A DNA stretch of 64,000 nt. Source: Candidatus Sumerlaeaceae bacterium. Its GTDB lineage: Bacteria > Sumerlaeota > Sumerlaeia > Sumerlaeales > Sumerlaeaceae. The translations under genes and the position numbers were made by a program. The DNA lies in NCBI GenBank assembly GCA_049968255.1, contig JBMFRB010000001.1, positions 429,495-493,494 of the forward strand, read 5' to 3'. The notes below the pieces were generated by a model. That model was not told the origin of the DNA. It made no database searches and worked only from the letters and a program-made list of their open reading frames with translations. How positions within the stretch are numbered: position 1 is the stretch's first letter; every line of letters starts with the position of its first letter. This document shows positions 38,262 to 47,253 of this stretch, in pieces.

Positions 38262-38948
38262 TCAGGTGCTAAAATTGCGCTGTTCGTTGAGCGCAGAATC
38301 CACAAGGGATCGGAGCGAACGCGCTGCAAGTTCAACATTCGGCGCTTCTAAGATCGCTCGAATCATTGCGATTCCATCGGCGCCATAGCGAATTATCTCA
38401 GCGGCCGTCGCAAGGTTGATCCCCCCAAGTGCGACGATTGTTGCCCCTGGGCACTCCCGTCGGGCTTGCGCAATTGTGCTAGGCCCAAGAGGCGCAAGAA
38501 TGCCTTCCTTGCTCGGCGTGGGGTATATTGGGCTCAATGTCACGGCGGGGATTCCACGTTCGAAAACGGATTTTGCCTCGTCTACACTATGAGCAGAATA
38601 GATCGTATGTAATCCGGCGTTTTTTTCAAGCCACTGCGCCAACTCGGTTGGCTGCGCCGGGGACCACGTTGAGCTCTGAAGGTGAACTCCGTGGAGCATC
38701 TCAGGTGAGAGGTCGGGGAACCAAGAGCCAGCGTTGAGAAACAGAAGAGCCCCATGGGCATCGCACAGTGGTTTGAGCGTTGAGAGATATTGGAAAATCT
38801 GCGCACGCGTAGCGCTCTTTTCCCGCAACTGAACAGACGTCACTCCCCCACGCAGCGCTTGGTCGACGAGGACGCCAAGCTCATCCGGCGAACGCAACCG
38901 CCCATCGGTGATGAGATAAAGTCGCAGATAGTCGCAAAGTTTTGGCAT
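38262..38948 (-). CDS. thiE: Thiamine phosphate synthase family (ThiE/TenI)
   Basis: LYLITD, VQLREK, SAHS, SPIYPTPSK, ALGGI. Confidence 0.8.
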   Translation of the reverse strand: MPKLCDYLRLYLITDGRLRSPDELGVLVDQALRGGVTSVQLREKSATRAQIFQYLSTLKPLCDAHGALLFLNAGSWFPDLSPEMLHGVHLQSSTWSPAQPTELAQWLEKNAGLHTIYSAHSVDEAKSVFERGIPAVTLSPIYPTPSKEGILAPLGPSTIAQARRECPGATIVALGGINLATAAEIIRYGADGIAMIRAILEAPNVELAARSLRSLVDSALNEQRNFST

Positions 38949-38981
38949 TGCCGTTATTTTCCACGACGAAAAACCGTGCTG

Positions 38982-38997
38982 ATAAACGAACGTTTAT
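38982..38997. promoter_or_regulatory. Perfect palindrome, candidate operator
   Basis: ATAAACG-AA-CGTTTAT in the divergent thiE / FMN-reductase gap. Confidence 0.45.
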
Positions 38998-39012
38998 TGC
39001 ACTGTTTCTCGA

Positions 39013-39041
39013 AAAGAATCTCTGACGGCTAGAGATTCTTT
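39013..39041. repeat. Perfect 11-bp inverted repeat
   Basis: AAAGAATCTCT-GACGGCT-AGAGATTCTTT. Confidence 0.7.
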
Positions 39042-39122
39042 AGGTTCAAAAATCCATGCTTGCGGCCGATCGAGAAATTGTAAAAACTTATACAGCATCA
39101 TTCACCGGGGACATCAAAATTT

Positions 39123-39716
39123 ATGGCCAAAGTTCTTGGGATTTGCGGAAGCTTGCGGGATCATTCCCATACACGGGTGTTGTTAGAAATCGCTCTGCAG
39201 CATGCGCGACGATGTGGTTCGGAAGTGGAACTGCTCGACCTTCGCGAGTACCCGCTTCCCCTATTTGAGGCACATCGGCAATATGATTGCAACGCCACAG
39301 TGCAGAAGGTGGTGGCAAAGATCAAGGAAGCCGATTGCTACCTCGTGGGGACGCCCGAGTACCATGGCTGCATGAGTGGCGCACTCAAGAATTTTTTCGA
39401 TTTTGTATACACAGAGATTTCTGGCAAACTCTTTGGTGTGGTTGCAGCAACGGGCGGAAGTCAGGGAGTAAGCTCATTGGACAATTTACGAGCATGCCTG
39501 CTTTACTGTCACGCATGGGTTCTGCCTTACAATGTGGCCGCTTCGCAGCGAGATTTCGACGACAATGGACGCTTGGTGAACGAACAAGTTTTGGATCGTC
39601 TTGCGCGCCTTGGGCGCGACGTGGCTGTCTATGGGCCGCTTTTGGTGAATCAATTTCGCGCTGATTTAGAACTGCCGCCGGATGCTGCTCAAAGTTTTGC
39701 AGGGTGGGTTCGTTGA
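39123..39716 (+). CDS. NADPH-dependent FMN reductase (flavodoxin-like)
   Basis: GICGSLR..S.T, TPEYHG..SG.LKNFFD, GK..G. Confidence 0.9.
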   Translation: MAKVLGICGSLRDHSHTRVLLEIALQHARRCGSEVELLDLREYPLPLFEAHRQYDCNATVQKVVAKIKEADCYLVGTPEYHGCMSGALKNFFDFVYTEISGKLFGVVAATGGSQGVSSLDNLRACLLYCHAWVLPYNVAASQRDFDDNGRLVNEQVLDRLARLGRDVAVYGPLLVNQFRADLELPPDAAQSFAGWVR

Positions 39717-39833
39717 AATCATGGTGGCCGGGCAACTCAGAGAAGGCAAGCTAGTAGACCGCAGCGTCCTTTCTTGCTTTTGTCTGTAGCTGGCGCCAGA
39801 ATTGTTTGACACACACGAAAGGGAGGAGAAGCT

Positions 39834-42800
39834 ATGCAATTCGCGGTGTGGGTATTGATTGCCGTTCTCATGTTTGTAGGGGGACAAACTCGCGGCGAGG
39901 ATTTTCAACTGGCCACAAAAGTTACTGGTCTAAATTCTCCCAACGAGCCGGTACTTTACGACGTCGACGCTGACGGTCATTTCGAGGTTCTGCTCACGGG
40001 AGTCAATGGCGAGGTCGCTGCATATCGTTTGCCCTCACTGTCAATCCTTTGGAAGACAAAGCTCCCTGCGAAAGGACTCACTTCTGCAGCAATCGGTGAT
40101 TTGCTGGGAACGGGCGAGGGTATCGCTGTTCTTGGCTCAGGCGACGGGAATGTTTTTTTCGTCCGAGCTGGCAGCGGAGAAATTCTTGCAACCTTGCCTC
40201 TGGGCAAAGCGGTGTCGGTGGCTCCAACTATTCTCCCCGCGCCGGATGAAACCACGGCATCTGCGGAAAGCGCAGTCGTTTGCGACGAGTTTGGTGAAGT
40301 GCATCTCGTCAAACTCGAGGGCCAAACGCCTTGGGTTGTTTTTTCCAGCCCGAACACACTAGAAAGTCCCACGGGGGAACAGATCTCGCTCGGTCGTGTC
40401 AACTACCCCGCCAGCATCGCTGATATTGACGGCGATCATAAACCGGAAATCGTCGTTGGGACGGCTCTGGGGAAAGTTGTGGCGATCAGCTCGACAAATC
40501 CCAGGACACGTTATGTGTGGCACGGCCCCCAAGGGCTCTCGATTATCACAAACGTGGCAGCAGGGGATTTTTTCGGACTAGGTCGCGATGCGCTGGTCTT
40601 TGGAACGAACGCAGGCAACCTCTTCGCTATCGCGTTTGATCCCGCCACGCACACCCTGAAAACTGCTGTTGGTCAACTCAAGCTGTCGGGGCCTGCGAAC
40701 GGTCACATTCTCGCTGCCGATTTCGATGGTGACCACTTGCCCGACGTCATCGCGGGTTGCGACAACGCGGTCCTTAGCTTCGCCCCGGCTGTAGGATTTG
40801 TGCCGCGCGGTCAGCCCTATGGGGCGAACGCTCCGCCTTTCAGCCCTGTCGCGCTTATTGCGCTCGCCGACAAAACGTACCGCGCTCTCGTTATCGACGG
40901 GAAAGGAATTCTTCATCTCATCGATCCAATCAAGACTTCACCTTCGGGGTCGCTTGCGCTCGACACTGTCGCCAATAGTACAATTGTCGGAGGCAACTTG
41001 ACCAACGCGGGATTTCCCGAGCTCGTCTATCTGACAAAAAACAGAGCGCGACTGACGTATGTGGGACTAACGGAGCGCAAGGTCTCGTCCGAAATTTCAC
41101 CAGTGTTGGCGATGGGCAGCAATTTCCAGCGCAGCGGGGAGATCGGTACGAGACCCCTTGCACAGTTGAAAGCAAACCGCGAACGTTTCGCCAAGCTTTT
41201 AGCCTCACAAGTAGCCGAAGCAAAGCAGCTTTACGACATGGGCCGCTATGCCGAGTGCCGAGCGACGCTGGCGCGGGTTTTGCAGGCCGTGGCGGATCAC
41301 CGTGAAGCGATATCTCTCGAACGTAAGGCAGCATTCCGCCAGCATTGGCTCCTGTATGTCGCTCTGATGCTCCTCGTGGCGGGTACGGCCGGAATCGGAG
41401 TTTGGGCGGTCATGAGGCTCCGCCTACACCGAAGTGCCATTGAGAATGTGGAAAAGCTGATAGAAATCCAAGCCTACCCGCAGGCAGCCGCGCTGCTTCA
41501 GGAACTGCGGCGGAAAGACCCCAAGAATGCGACGTTTTTGCGCCTTCTCGCGAAGGTCTATCTTTTGTGGGAACGCATTGGGACTGACACGATTCGCGTT
41601 TTAGAAGAGGCGCACCGCACCTTCCCTGACGACTCGGGGATTACGCTCGCGCTAGCCAAAGCTTACGCCGAAACGGGCGTGGAAAACGAGCAAGCCCTCG
41701 AGCTCTACCAAATCGCCCTGGCAGTCATGGAAGGCGAACGCGGGGACATCGCCTATCGGGCGGCGAAGATTTTTGAGACCAAGGGAAACGTCGAACAAGC
41801 GATTCGGCATTACAGGCTGGCTGAAAAAGAAGGATGCACCGCCCCCGATTTGCAGGCACGGCTCGTGGAACTTTACCTCGCTACTCATCAGTTCAACGAG
41901 AAAACCCTGCCAGCGTTCGAAAGCATGTTTTCGGAGTACACTCAGGACGCGCGGTTCCTTGAAGGGCTGTGCCGCGCCCAGGCGGCTGCGCGACGTGTGG
42001 ACGACCGCGCGCGTGCTGCCGCATCGAGCTTGCTCGCTCTCAAGCCAGACTCCGTCGTCGCCCTTCGGCAGCTAGCCAAATGCGAACTTCAGGCGGGTCG
42101 CCACGAAAAGGCGAAGAACTTCGCGGAGCGAGCATTTGCCCTAGAGCCAAATGATGACGAAACGGCCTTGGTGTTAGCGTTCTGTTATTCCGCCTTGGAA
42201 TTTTTCGAACCCAAGGCGCGCGAGATTTACAGACGCGCTCTTGCCTTGGATCCGCAAAACCCCACTTTCCTCCGGTGCGCAGCACTGACTGATCACACAA
42301 CGTTGGGTAGGCCTCTTGATGAAACTGATTTCGACATTCTTAAGCGCGCCGTCCAGGCTAACCCTAACGACGTGGTCCTGTTGCGTACCTACGCCGAAGA
42401 GTGCCGAAAACGAACTGATTTCACCAGTGCCCGTGAAGCGCTCGAGAGACTCTTGGAACTCGGAGGCCAGAGCTCGGCAGTGTATTGCAGTTTGGCAGAG
42501 GTGTATGCCTTACAGGGCGAATTCAGCTCTAAAGCCATTCCTGCCTATGAGGAAGCCCTGGCCGCTGACCCTGAGAACGCAACCTACTTGGAGGCATTGG
42601 CCCGCAGTTACATAGTTGCAGGACGCAAAGATCCCGCCGCAATTCAGTTGATCGAAAAGGCGCTCAAAAAAGTGCCTCGTGCCATTGAGCTGGGGGTGTA
42701 CCTTGCAAAAAATTATCTAGAGACAGAACGTTATGAGGACGCACTGAAACTTGCTCGTTGGCTACTAGAGCGCGATAAAGAAAATGAGGAAATTCAGAAG

Positions 42801-44675
42801 CTCTTCGCCCAAGCCTCATTCGCTTCTAACCGACTCGATGAAGCGATAGAGCAGTATCAGCACGTCTTGGCCAAACACCCTGATGATTCCGAAGCCTTGG
42901 TGAACATTGCGCTCGCGTTTGCGCGAAAACACCGCACGGATGCAGAAGCCGCGCAGCGCTACACGGCCGCACTGGCGGTGTCACCCGCCCAACCATTGAT
43001 CAGGTTCATGCTGGCGCGCCATCACGCCATGGCGGGACGTTATGGCGCAGCCTTGGATCAATTGGCCGAAATCCTGCGTATATCGAACGAACATCAGCCG
43101 CGACTTTTAGACGAAGTGAGGCTCTATCTGGCCCATGCGCCGGATCGCGCCGACCTGCGCTGGTTCTGCGCCACCCTCCTCACTGAAATGGAACACATGG
43201 ACGAAGCATGCGAGGAGATTGAAAACCTTCTCGCGCTCGAGCCCGGCGAGACAAAAGCAATCCTTCAGGCCTACGATCGCATTTTGGGCAAAGACCCTCT
43301 CAACGTCACAGCTCTCGTCGGTAAGGCACGCCTGTTGCGGGCGATGGGAAATCACGAGGCGGCCAAGCCGCTGCTGGAGCAAGCTCACCGCATTTCACCA
43401 AAGAATGCCGATGCGCGCAACGAACTAAAAGAACTCTACGAGGAAATTCTCCAAGAAAAGGACGAAACGGAGATCCGTTTCGAACTCGCCAAGCTTCATT
43501 TTGAAGAAGGCGCCTACGACAGAGCAATCGCCCTGTTCCAGAAAACAGTTCTAGATTTCCGCTTCGAGAACGAATCCATCAAGATGCTGGCGCGCTGCTT
43601 CATGGAAAAAGGCATGCTCGAGTTCGCATTCCAGGAGCTGCGCAAACTCCTGATTGATGACGAGGTCAAGGAACTGCTCTACACGCTTGCCCAGCGCTAC
43701 GAAGCGAAAAATGATTTCGTCGGCGCCAAGCAGGTTTACCGCGTGCTTTTCGCCGCCGATATGAACTACCGCGACGTGAAACATCGTTTCGAGATGCTCG
43801 CTGGCGCCACGAGTGACCCCCTGGCTCTCGATAGGTCTGAGCTTATCACCCAACTGGGCGAACGAGCACGAAGCCGCTACGAATTGGTGGAAGAGCTGGG
43901 TCGCGGAGCAATGGGGGTGGTTTACCGGGCTCGCGACAATGAGCTTGAAGAAATCGTCGCGCTCAAAATTTTGCCTGAGAATTTGTCGCAAAATCCCGAG
44001 GCACTTCATCGTTTCCGCGCGGAAGCACGCGCTGCAAGGCGACTTTCGCACCCAAACATTGTACGCATCCACGACATCGGCGAAGAAAAGGGGCGTAAAT
44101 ACATCTCGATGGAGTTTGTCCGGGGAACCGACCTGAAACGCTATTTGCGGCAGAAGGGCAAGTTGAGCATTGAAGAAGCGATCTCGATCATTCTGCCCTT
44201 ATGCGATGCTCTTGACTACGCGCACAGCAACTCGATCGTGCACCGCGACATCAAGCCAGCCAATATTATGATCACGGAACAGGGCGTTGCAAAACTTAGC
44301 GATTTTGGCATCGCCAAGGTCTTGGAACTGACAAGCGAAACCGTGACCGGTGCAATCATTGGGACACCCCTCTACATGAGTCCGGAGCAGGTGCAAGGCC
44401 AACCGGTCGATCACCGCGCCGACATTTACTCGCTGGGCATCACGTTTTATGAGCTGCTCGCCGGCAAACCGCCCTTCACGGAGGGCGACATTGCGTATCA
44501 GCACTGCCGTGTGCCGGCACGCCCGATTCCGGGTGTTCCAGAAGAGCTCAACGTTATCATCTTGAAATGCCTGGAAAAAGACAAAGAGAAGCGATGGGCC
44601 AGCGCGGCAGAACTCGCCCAAGCCCTGCGCTCGTGGTTCGAAAAATGGCAGCAGAGCAAACCGCTTGTGTCGTAG
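39834..44675 (+). CDS. Receptor-type Hanks Ser/Thr kinase: signal peptide, FG-GAP propeller, TM, TPR array, C-terminal kinase
   Basis: DVDADG, DIDGDH and DFDGDH motifs; TM WLLYVALMLLVAGTAGIGVWAV; TPRs; LGRGAMGVVY, VALK, HRDIKPAN, DFGIA, GTPLYMSPEQ. Confidence 0.92.
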   Translation: MQFAVWVLIAVLMFVGGQTRGEDFQLATKVTGLNSPNEPVLYDVDADGHFEVLLTGVNGEVAAYRLPSLSILWKTKLPAKGLTSAAIGDLLGTGEGIAVLGSGDGNVFFVRAGSGEILATLPLGKAVSVAPTILPAPDETTASAESAVVCDEFGEVHLVKLEGQTPWVVFSSPNTLESPTGEQISLGRVNYPASIADIDGDHKPEIVVGTALGKVVAISSTNPRTRYVWHGPQGLSIITNVAAGDFFGLGRDALVFGTNAGNLFAIAFDPATHTLKTAVGQLKLSGPANGHILAADFDGDHLPDVIAGCDNAVLSFAPAVGFVPRGQPYGANAPPFSPVALIALADKTYRALVIDGKGILHLIDPIKTSPSGSLALDTVANSTIVGGNLTNAGFPELVYLTKNRARLTYVGLTERKVSSEISPVLAMGSNFQRSGEIGTRPLAQLKANRERFAKLLASQVAEAKQLYDMGRYAECRATLARVLQAVADHREAISLERKAAFRQHWLLYVALMLLVAGTAGIGVWAVMRLRLHRSAIENVEKLIEIQAYPQAAALLQELRRKDPKNATFLRLLAKVYLLWERIGTDTIRVLEEAHRTFPDDSGITLALAKAYAETGVENEQALELYQIALAVMEGERGDIAYRAAKIFETKGNVEQAIRHYRLAEKEGCTAPDLQARLVELYLATHQFNEKTLPAFESMFSEYTQDARFLEGLCRAQAAARRVDDRARAAASSLLALKPDSVVALRQLAKCELQAGRHEKAKNFAERAFALEPNDDETALVLAFCYSALEFFEPKAREIYRRALALDPQNPTFLRCAALTDHTTLGRPLDETDFDILKRAVQANPNDVVLLRTYAEECRKRTDFTSAREALERLLELGGQSSAVYCSLAEVYALQGEFSSKAIPAYEEALAADPENATYLEALARSYIVAGRKDPAAIQLIEKALKKVPRAIELGVYLAKNYLETERYEDALKLARWLLERDKENEEIQKLFAQASFASNRLDEAIEQYQHVLAKHPDDSEALVNIALAFARKHRTDAEAAQRYTAALAVSPAQPLIRFMLARHHAMAGRYGAALDQLAEILRISNEHQPRLLDEVRLYLAHAPDRADLRWFCATLLTEMEHMDEACEEIENLLALEPGETKAILQAYDRILGKDPLNVTALVGKARLLRAMGNHEAAKPLLEQAHRISPKNADARNELKELYEEILQEKDETEIRFELAKLHFEEGAYDRAIALFQKTVLDFRFENESIKMLARCFMEKGMLEFAFQELRKLLIDDEVKELLYTLAQRYEAKNDFVGAKQVYRVLFAADMNYRDVKHRFEMLAGATSDPLALDRSELITQLGERARSRYELVEELGRGAMGVVYRARDNELEEIVALKILPENLSQNPEALHRFRAEARAARRLSHPNIVRIHDIGEEKGRKYISMEFVRGTDLKRYLRQKGKLSIEEAISIILPLCDALDYAHSNSIVHRDIKPANIMITEQGVAKLSDFGIAKVLELTSETVTGAIIGTPLYMSPEQVQGQPVDHRADIYSLGITFYELLAGKPPFTEGDIAYQHCRVPARPIPGVPEELNVIILKCLEKDKEKRWASAAELAQALRSWFEKWQQSKPLVS

Positions 44676-44726
44676 GAAAGGATGACCAATGTCACTCGGG
44701 GCTACTGGCCAAAAACAACCGGGGCT

Positions 44727-45356
44727 TTAGCGTCCGATCCCGGCGCGCAAGTAGCCGTTATCATCGAGGTAACGCAGGAGCACTGCCACGCACTCCTCCA
44801 CAGAGAGCTTGTCCGTGCGCAAGTGGATCTCTGGAGCCAAAGGCGCCTCGTAGGGCGCATCGGGGGATACGCCGGTGAAGCTTTTAATCTCGCCGCGCAT
44901 GGCTTTTTCATAAAGCCCTTTGGGGTCACGCGATGCGCATACCTCGATCGGGGCGTCCACAAATGTCTCAATGAATTCACCCGGAGCAAGGAGTTGGCGC
45001 ACGCGATCGCGATCTTCGCGATAGGGACTAATGAAGCTTGTGATGACGATGAGGCCAGCATCCACAAATAGCTTCGCGACTTCGCCGATCCGGCGGATGT
45101 TTTCTGCCCGATCCTCTGGGGAGAAACCTAGATTTTTGTTCAAGCCGTGACGGATGTTATCACCATCAAGAACGTAGGTCGCGTGCCCACGTTGGATAAG
45201 GACTTGTTCGAGGGCCATAGCGATTGTGCTTTTCCCGCATGCTGAGAGACCTGTCAGCCAAAGGCAACAAGGCCGCTGTCCCAGAAGGTGCATACGTTCT
45301 TCGCGCGTGACATGGCCGGGATGCCAAGTGATGTTCTGTGCTTTCTGAATCGTCAT
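44727..45356 (-). CDS. cysC: Adenylyl-sulfate kinase
   Basis: [39 protein letters not shown]...PYE.P. Confidence 0.95.
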   Translation of the reverse strand: MTIQKAQNITWHPGHVTREERMHLLGQRPCCLWLTGLSACGKSTIAMALEQVLIQRGHATYVLDGDNIRHGLNKNLGFSPEDRAENIRRIGEVAKLFVDAGLIVITSFISPYREDRDRVRQLLAPGEFIETFVDAPIEVCASRDPKGLYEKAMRGEIKSFTGVSPDAPYEAPLAPEIHLRTDKLSVEECVAVLLRYLDDNGYLRAGIGR

Positions 45357-45685
45357 CCGTCTTCAACTCCTTGATTGGATTCTCGCGAGCCCCATTGGTT
45401 TTGCCGCTCTCAGAGCCACAAAGAAGGGGAATCCTAAATTATAAAAAGAGGGAGTGGTAAAAATTCACTATAATACGACTAGCTTTATAGAGTAATTAGC
45501 GAAATAAATTACCGCTACTTGCATGTAAGGGACTTAGAAATCTTGCCGTATTTTATTGCTTTATTGCCGAATGAAAATGTTGTCGGAGAATCTTTGATTT
45601 TAGATCTCTGAAAAAAAGATACTTATCTACTATTCTCCCTGGATTCTCTTTTAGCGATGCCGGTGAGCTTTCTTTTCCATAAGTT

Positions 45686-45828
45686 CCGCGCGGTTCCCAT
45701 GAGAATGACTGTGCGGCGTCTAAATGCAGCTTATTCTTAGGGGTACTCCTAGAGTGCCGGCGACGGTGAGACCTCGTGGAAGCAGTCGCTTCCTTTTCGC
45801 GAGGCAACCGTAAGGGAATCGCAATCCC
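45686..45828 (+). other. Multi-hairpin structured leader or ncRNA candidate
   Basis: Four consecutive stems with G-U pairs favouring the + strand (see findings). Confidence 0.35.
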
Positions 45829-45855
45829 ACCGCGACAACGCAACAAAGGACTACT

Positions 45856-47121
45856 ATGGAGCAGTTCAAAAAAATTGTGCTTCCCAACGGCGTGAGAATC
45901 GTTCTGGAGCGCATCCCCTACGTTCGCAGCGCCTCCGTGGGCATCTATCTGGAAGTGGGGAGTCGCAATGAGAAACCCGAGGAGCATGGGCTGTCGCATT
46001 TCGTGGAGCACATGTTCTTCAAAGGCACTCGGCAGTACGACGCCATGGCGCTCTCTGTGCTGATCGATAAGCTAGGTGGCAACGTGAACGCTTTCACCAC
46101 GCAGGAGAATATTGCGATTTCGGCTAAGGTGATAGATGAAGATCTGTCCGCAGCTATCGATTTGCTGGCGGAGATCTACCTCGACAGTGTGTTTGCTCCG
46201 GAGGAAATTGAGCGCGAACGCAACGTTGTGTTGGAAGAGATTAAGATGTACAACGACACGCCAGACGAACTCGTTCTGGACGTGTACCTGGATCACCTCT
46301 ATGCCGATCATGCGCTTGGCCGGCCGATTCTTGGCACGCCGGATCAGGTGCGACGTTTCACGCGCGACGACATTGTTCGTTACTTGAACCGCGAGTTTGC
46401 CCCGGACCGCGTGGTTGTGGCTTTAGCGGGGAACTTTGATCTGCGGCGTATCGAGCCGCAACTGAGACGGATTTTCGAGCGACTGGAACCCAATGGTTGG
46501 GAACGCAATCCCCTCGAGCCGCCTGCGCCGACCTTTCAAAGCTATAACTTGGATCGCGACACGGAACAGGTGCATTTCTGCATGGGGACGGATGGTCCGC
46601 CGCGCGACAGCGAGGACCGTTATGCCTTTGCGATTCTTAGCACCATTCTTGGCGGTTCGACGTCTTCACGCATTTTCCGCGAGGTGCGCGAAAAGCACGG
46701 CCTGGCTTATTCGATCGGCACGTTCGATTGCTCGTTCCGCGATGCAGGGGCGATCGCCGTAACTGGGGGGACAAGTCCAAAGCATATTCATCAAGTGGTG
46801 CGGTTGTGCCTCGACGAGATCCACAAACTCTACACGGAAGGCGTCTCGGAGGAAGAGGTCGACAACGCCCGCCAGCAGATCAAAAGTTCGTTGATCCTGG
46901 GCATGGAAAATAGTGCCACGCGCATGGGGCGCCTTGCGGAGTGCGAAATTTTCTACGGTGAGTACATTCCCGTGGACCGCGTGCTGGCACGAATCAACGC
47001 CGTCACGCCCGACGACGTACAACGAGCTGCCGAGATTTACTTGAAGGACAGACCGGTGTCGTTTGCATCCATTGGCCCGTCGCACAAGTTCGAGCTTTCC
47101 TTCTGCGGCATGACCTTCTGA
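45856..47121 (+). CDS. M16B family zinc peptidase
   Basis: GSRNE...GLSHFVEHMFFKGT (HxxEH), NAFT, E.ERNVVLEE, SSR.F.EVREK.GLAY. Confidence 0.93.
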   Translation: MEQFKKIVLPNGVRIVLERIPYVRSASVGIYLEVGSRNEKPEEHGLSHFVEHMFFKGTRQYDAMALSVLIDKLGGNVNAFTTQENIAISAKVIDEDLSAAIDLLAEIYLDSVFAPEEIERERNVVLEEIKMYNDTPDELVLDVYLDHLYADHALGRPILGTPDQVRRFTRDDIVRYLNREFAPDRVVVALAGNFDLRRIEPQLRRIFERLEPNGWERNPLEPPAPTFQSYNLDRDTEQVHFCMGTDGPPRDSEDRYAFAILSTILGGSTSSRIFREVREKHGLAYSIGTFDCSFRDAGAIAVTGGTSPKHIHQVVRLCLDEIHKLYTEGVSEEEVDNARQQIKSSLILGMENSATRMGRLAECEIFYGEYIPVDRVLARINAVTPDDVQRAAEIYLKDRPVSFASIGPSHKFELSFCGMTF

Positions 47122-47253
47122 GAGCTGCTGCGTTCTCCCAGAAGGCCCAGACAATAAGGCGGTGAGGACTGTCCATTTTTCGTTTGTCCAAGAAGCCCAT
47201 GCAGTGGCGGCCGCCATGTGTTGTAGCGAGGAGAAAAAAGAGTGAACGCGGGC

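Noticed and set aside
45471-45490. TAATACGACT...TATAG resembling a T7 promoter
   Set aside because: The middle and spacing differ from the T7 consensus and there are no phage genes; chance match in AT-rich DNA.
45772-45795. GGAAGCAG as part of SRP RNA
   Set aside because: The CAGG-stem-GNRA context of SRP domain IV is absent.
45360-45855. Possible oriC
   Set aside because: No perfect TTATCCACA boxes or box cluster seen, and no dnaA/dnaN/gidA nearby.
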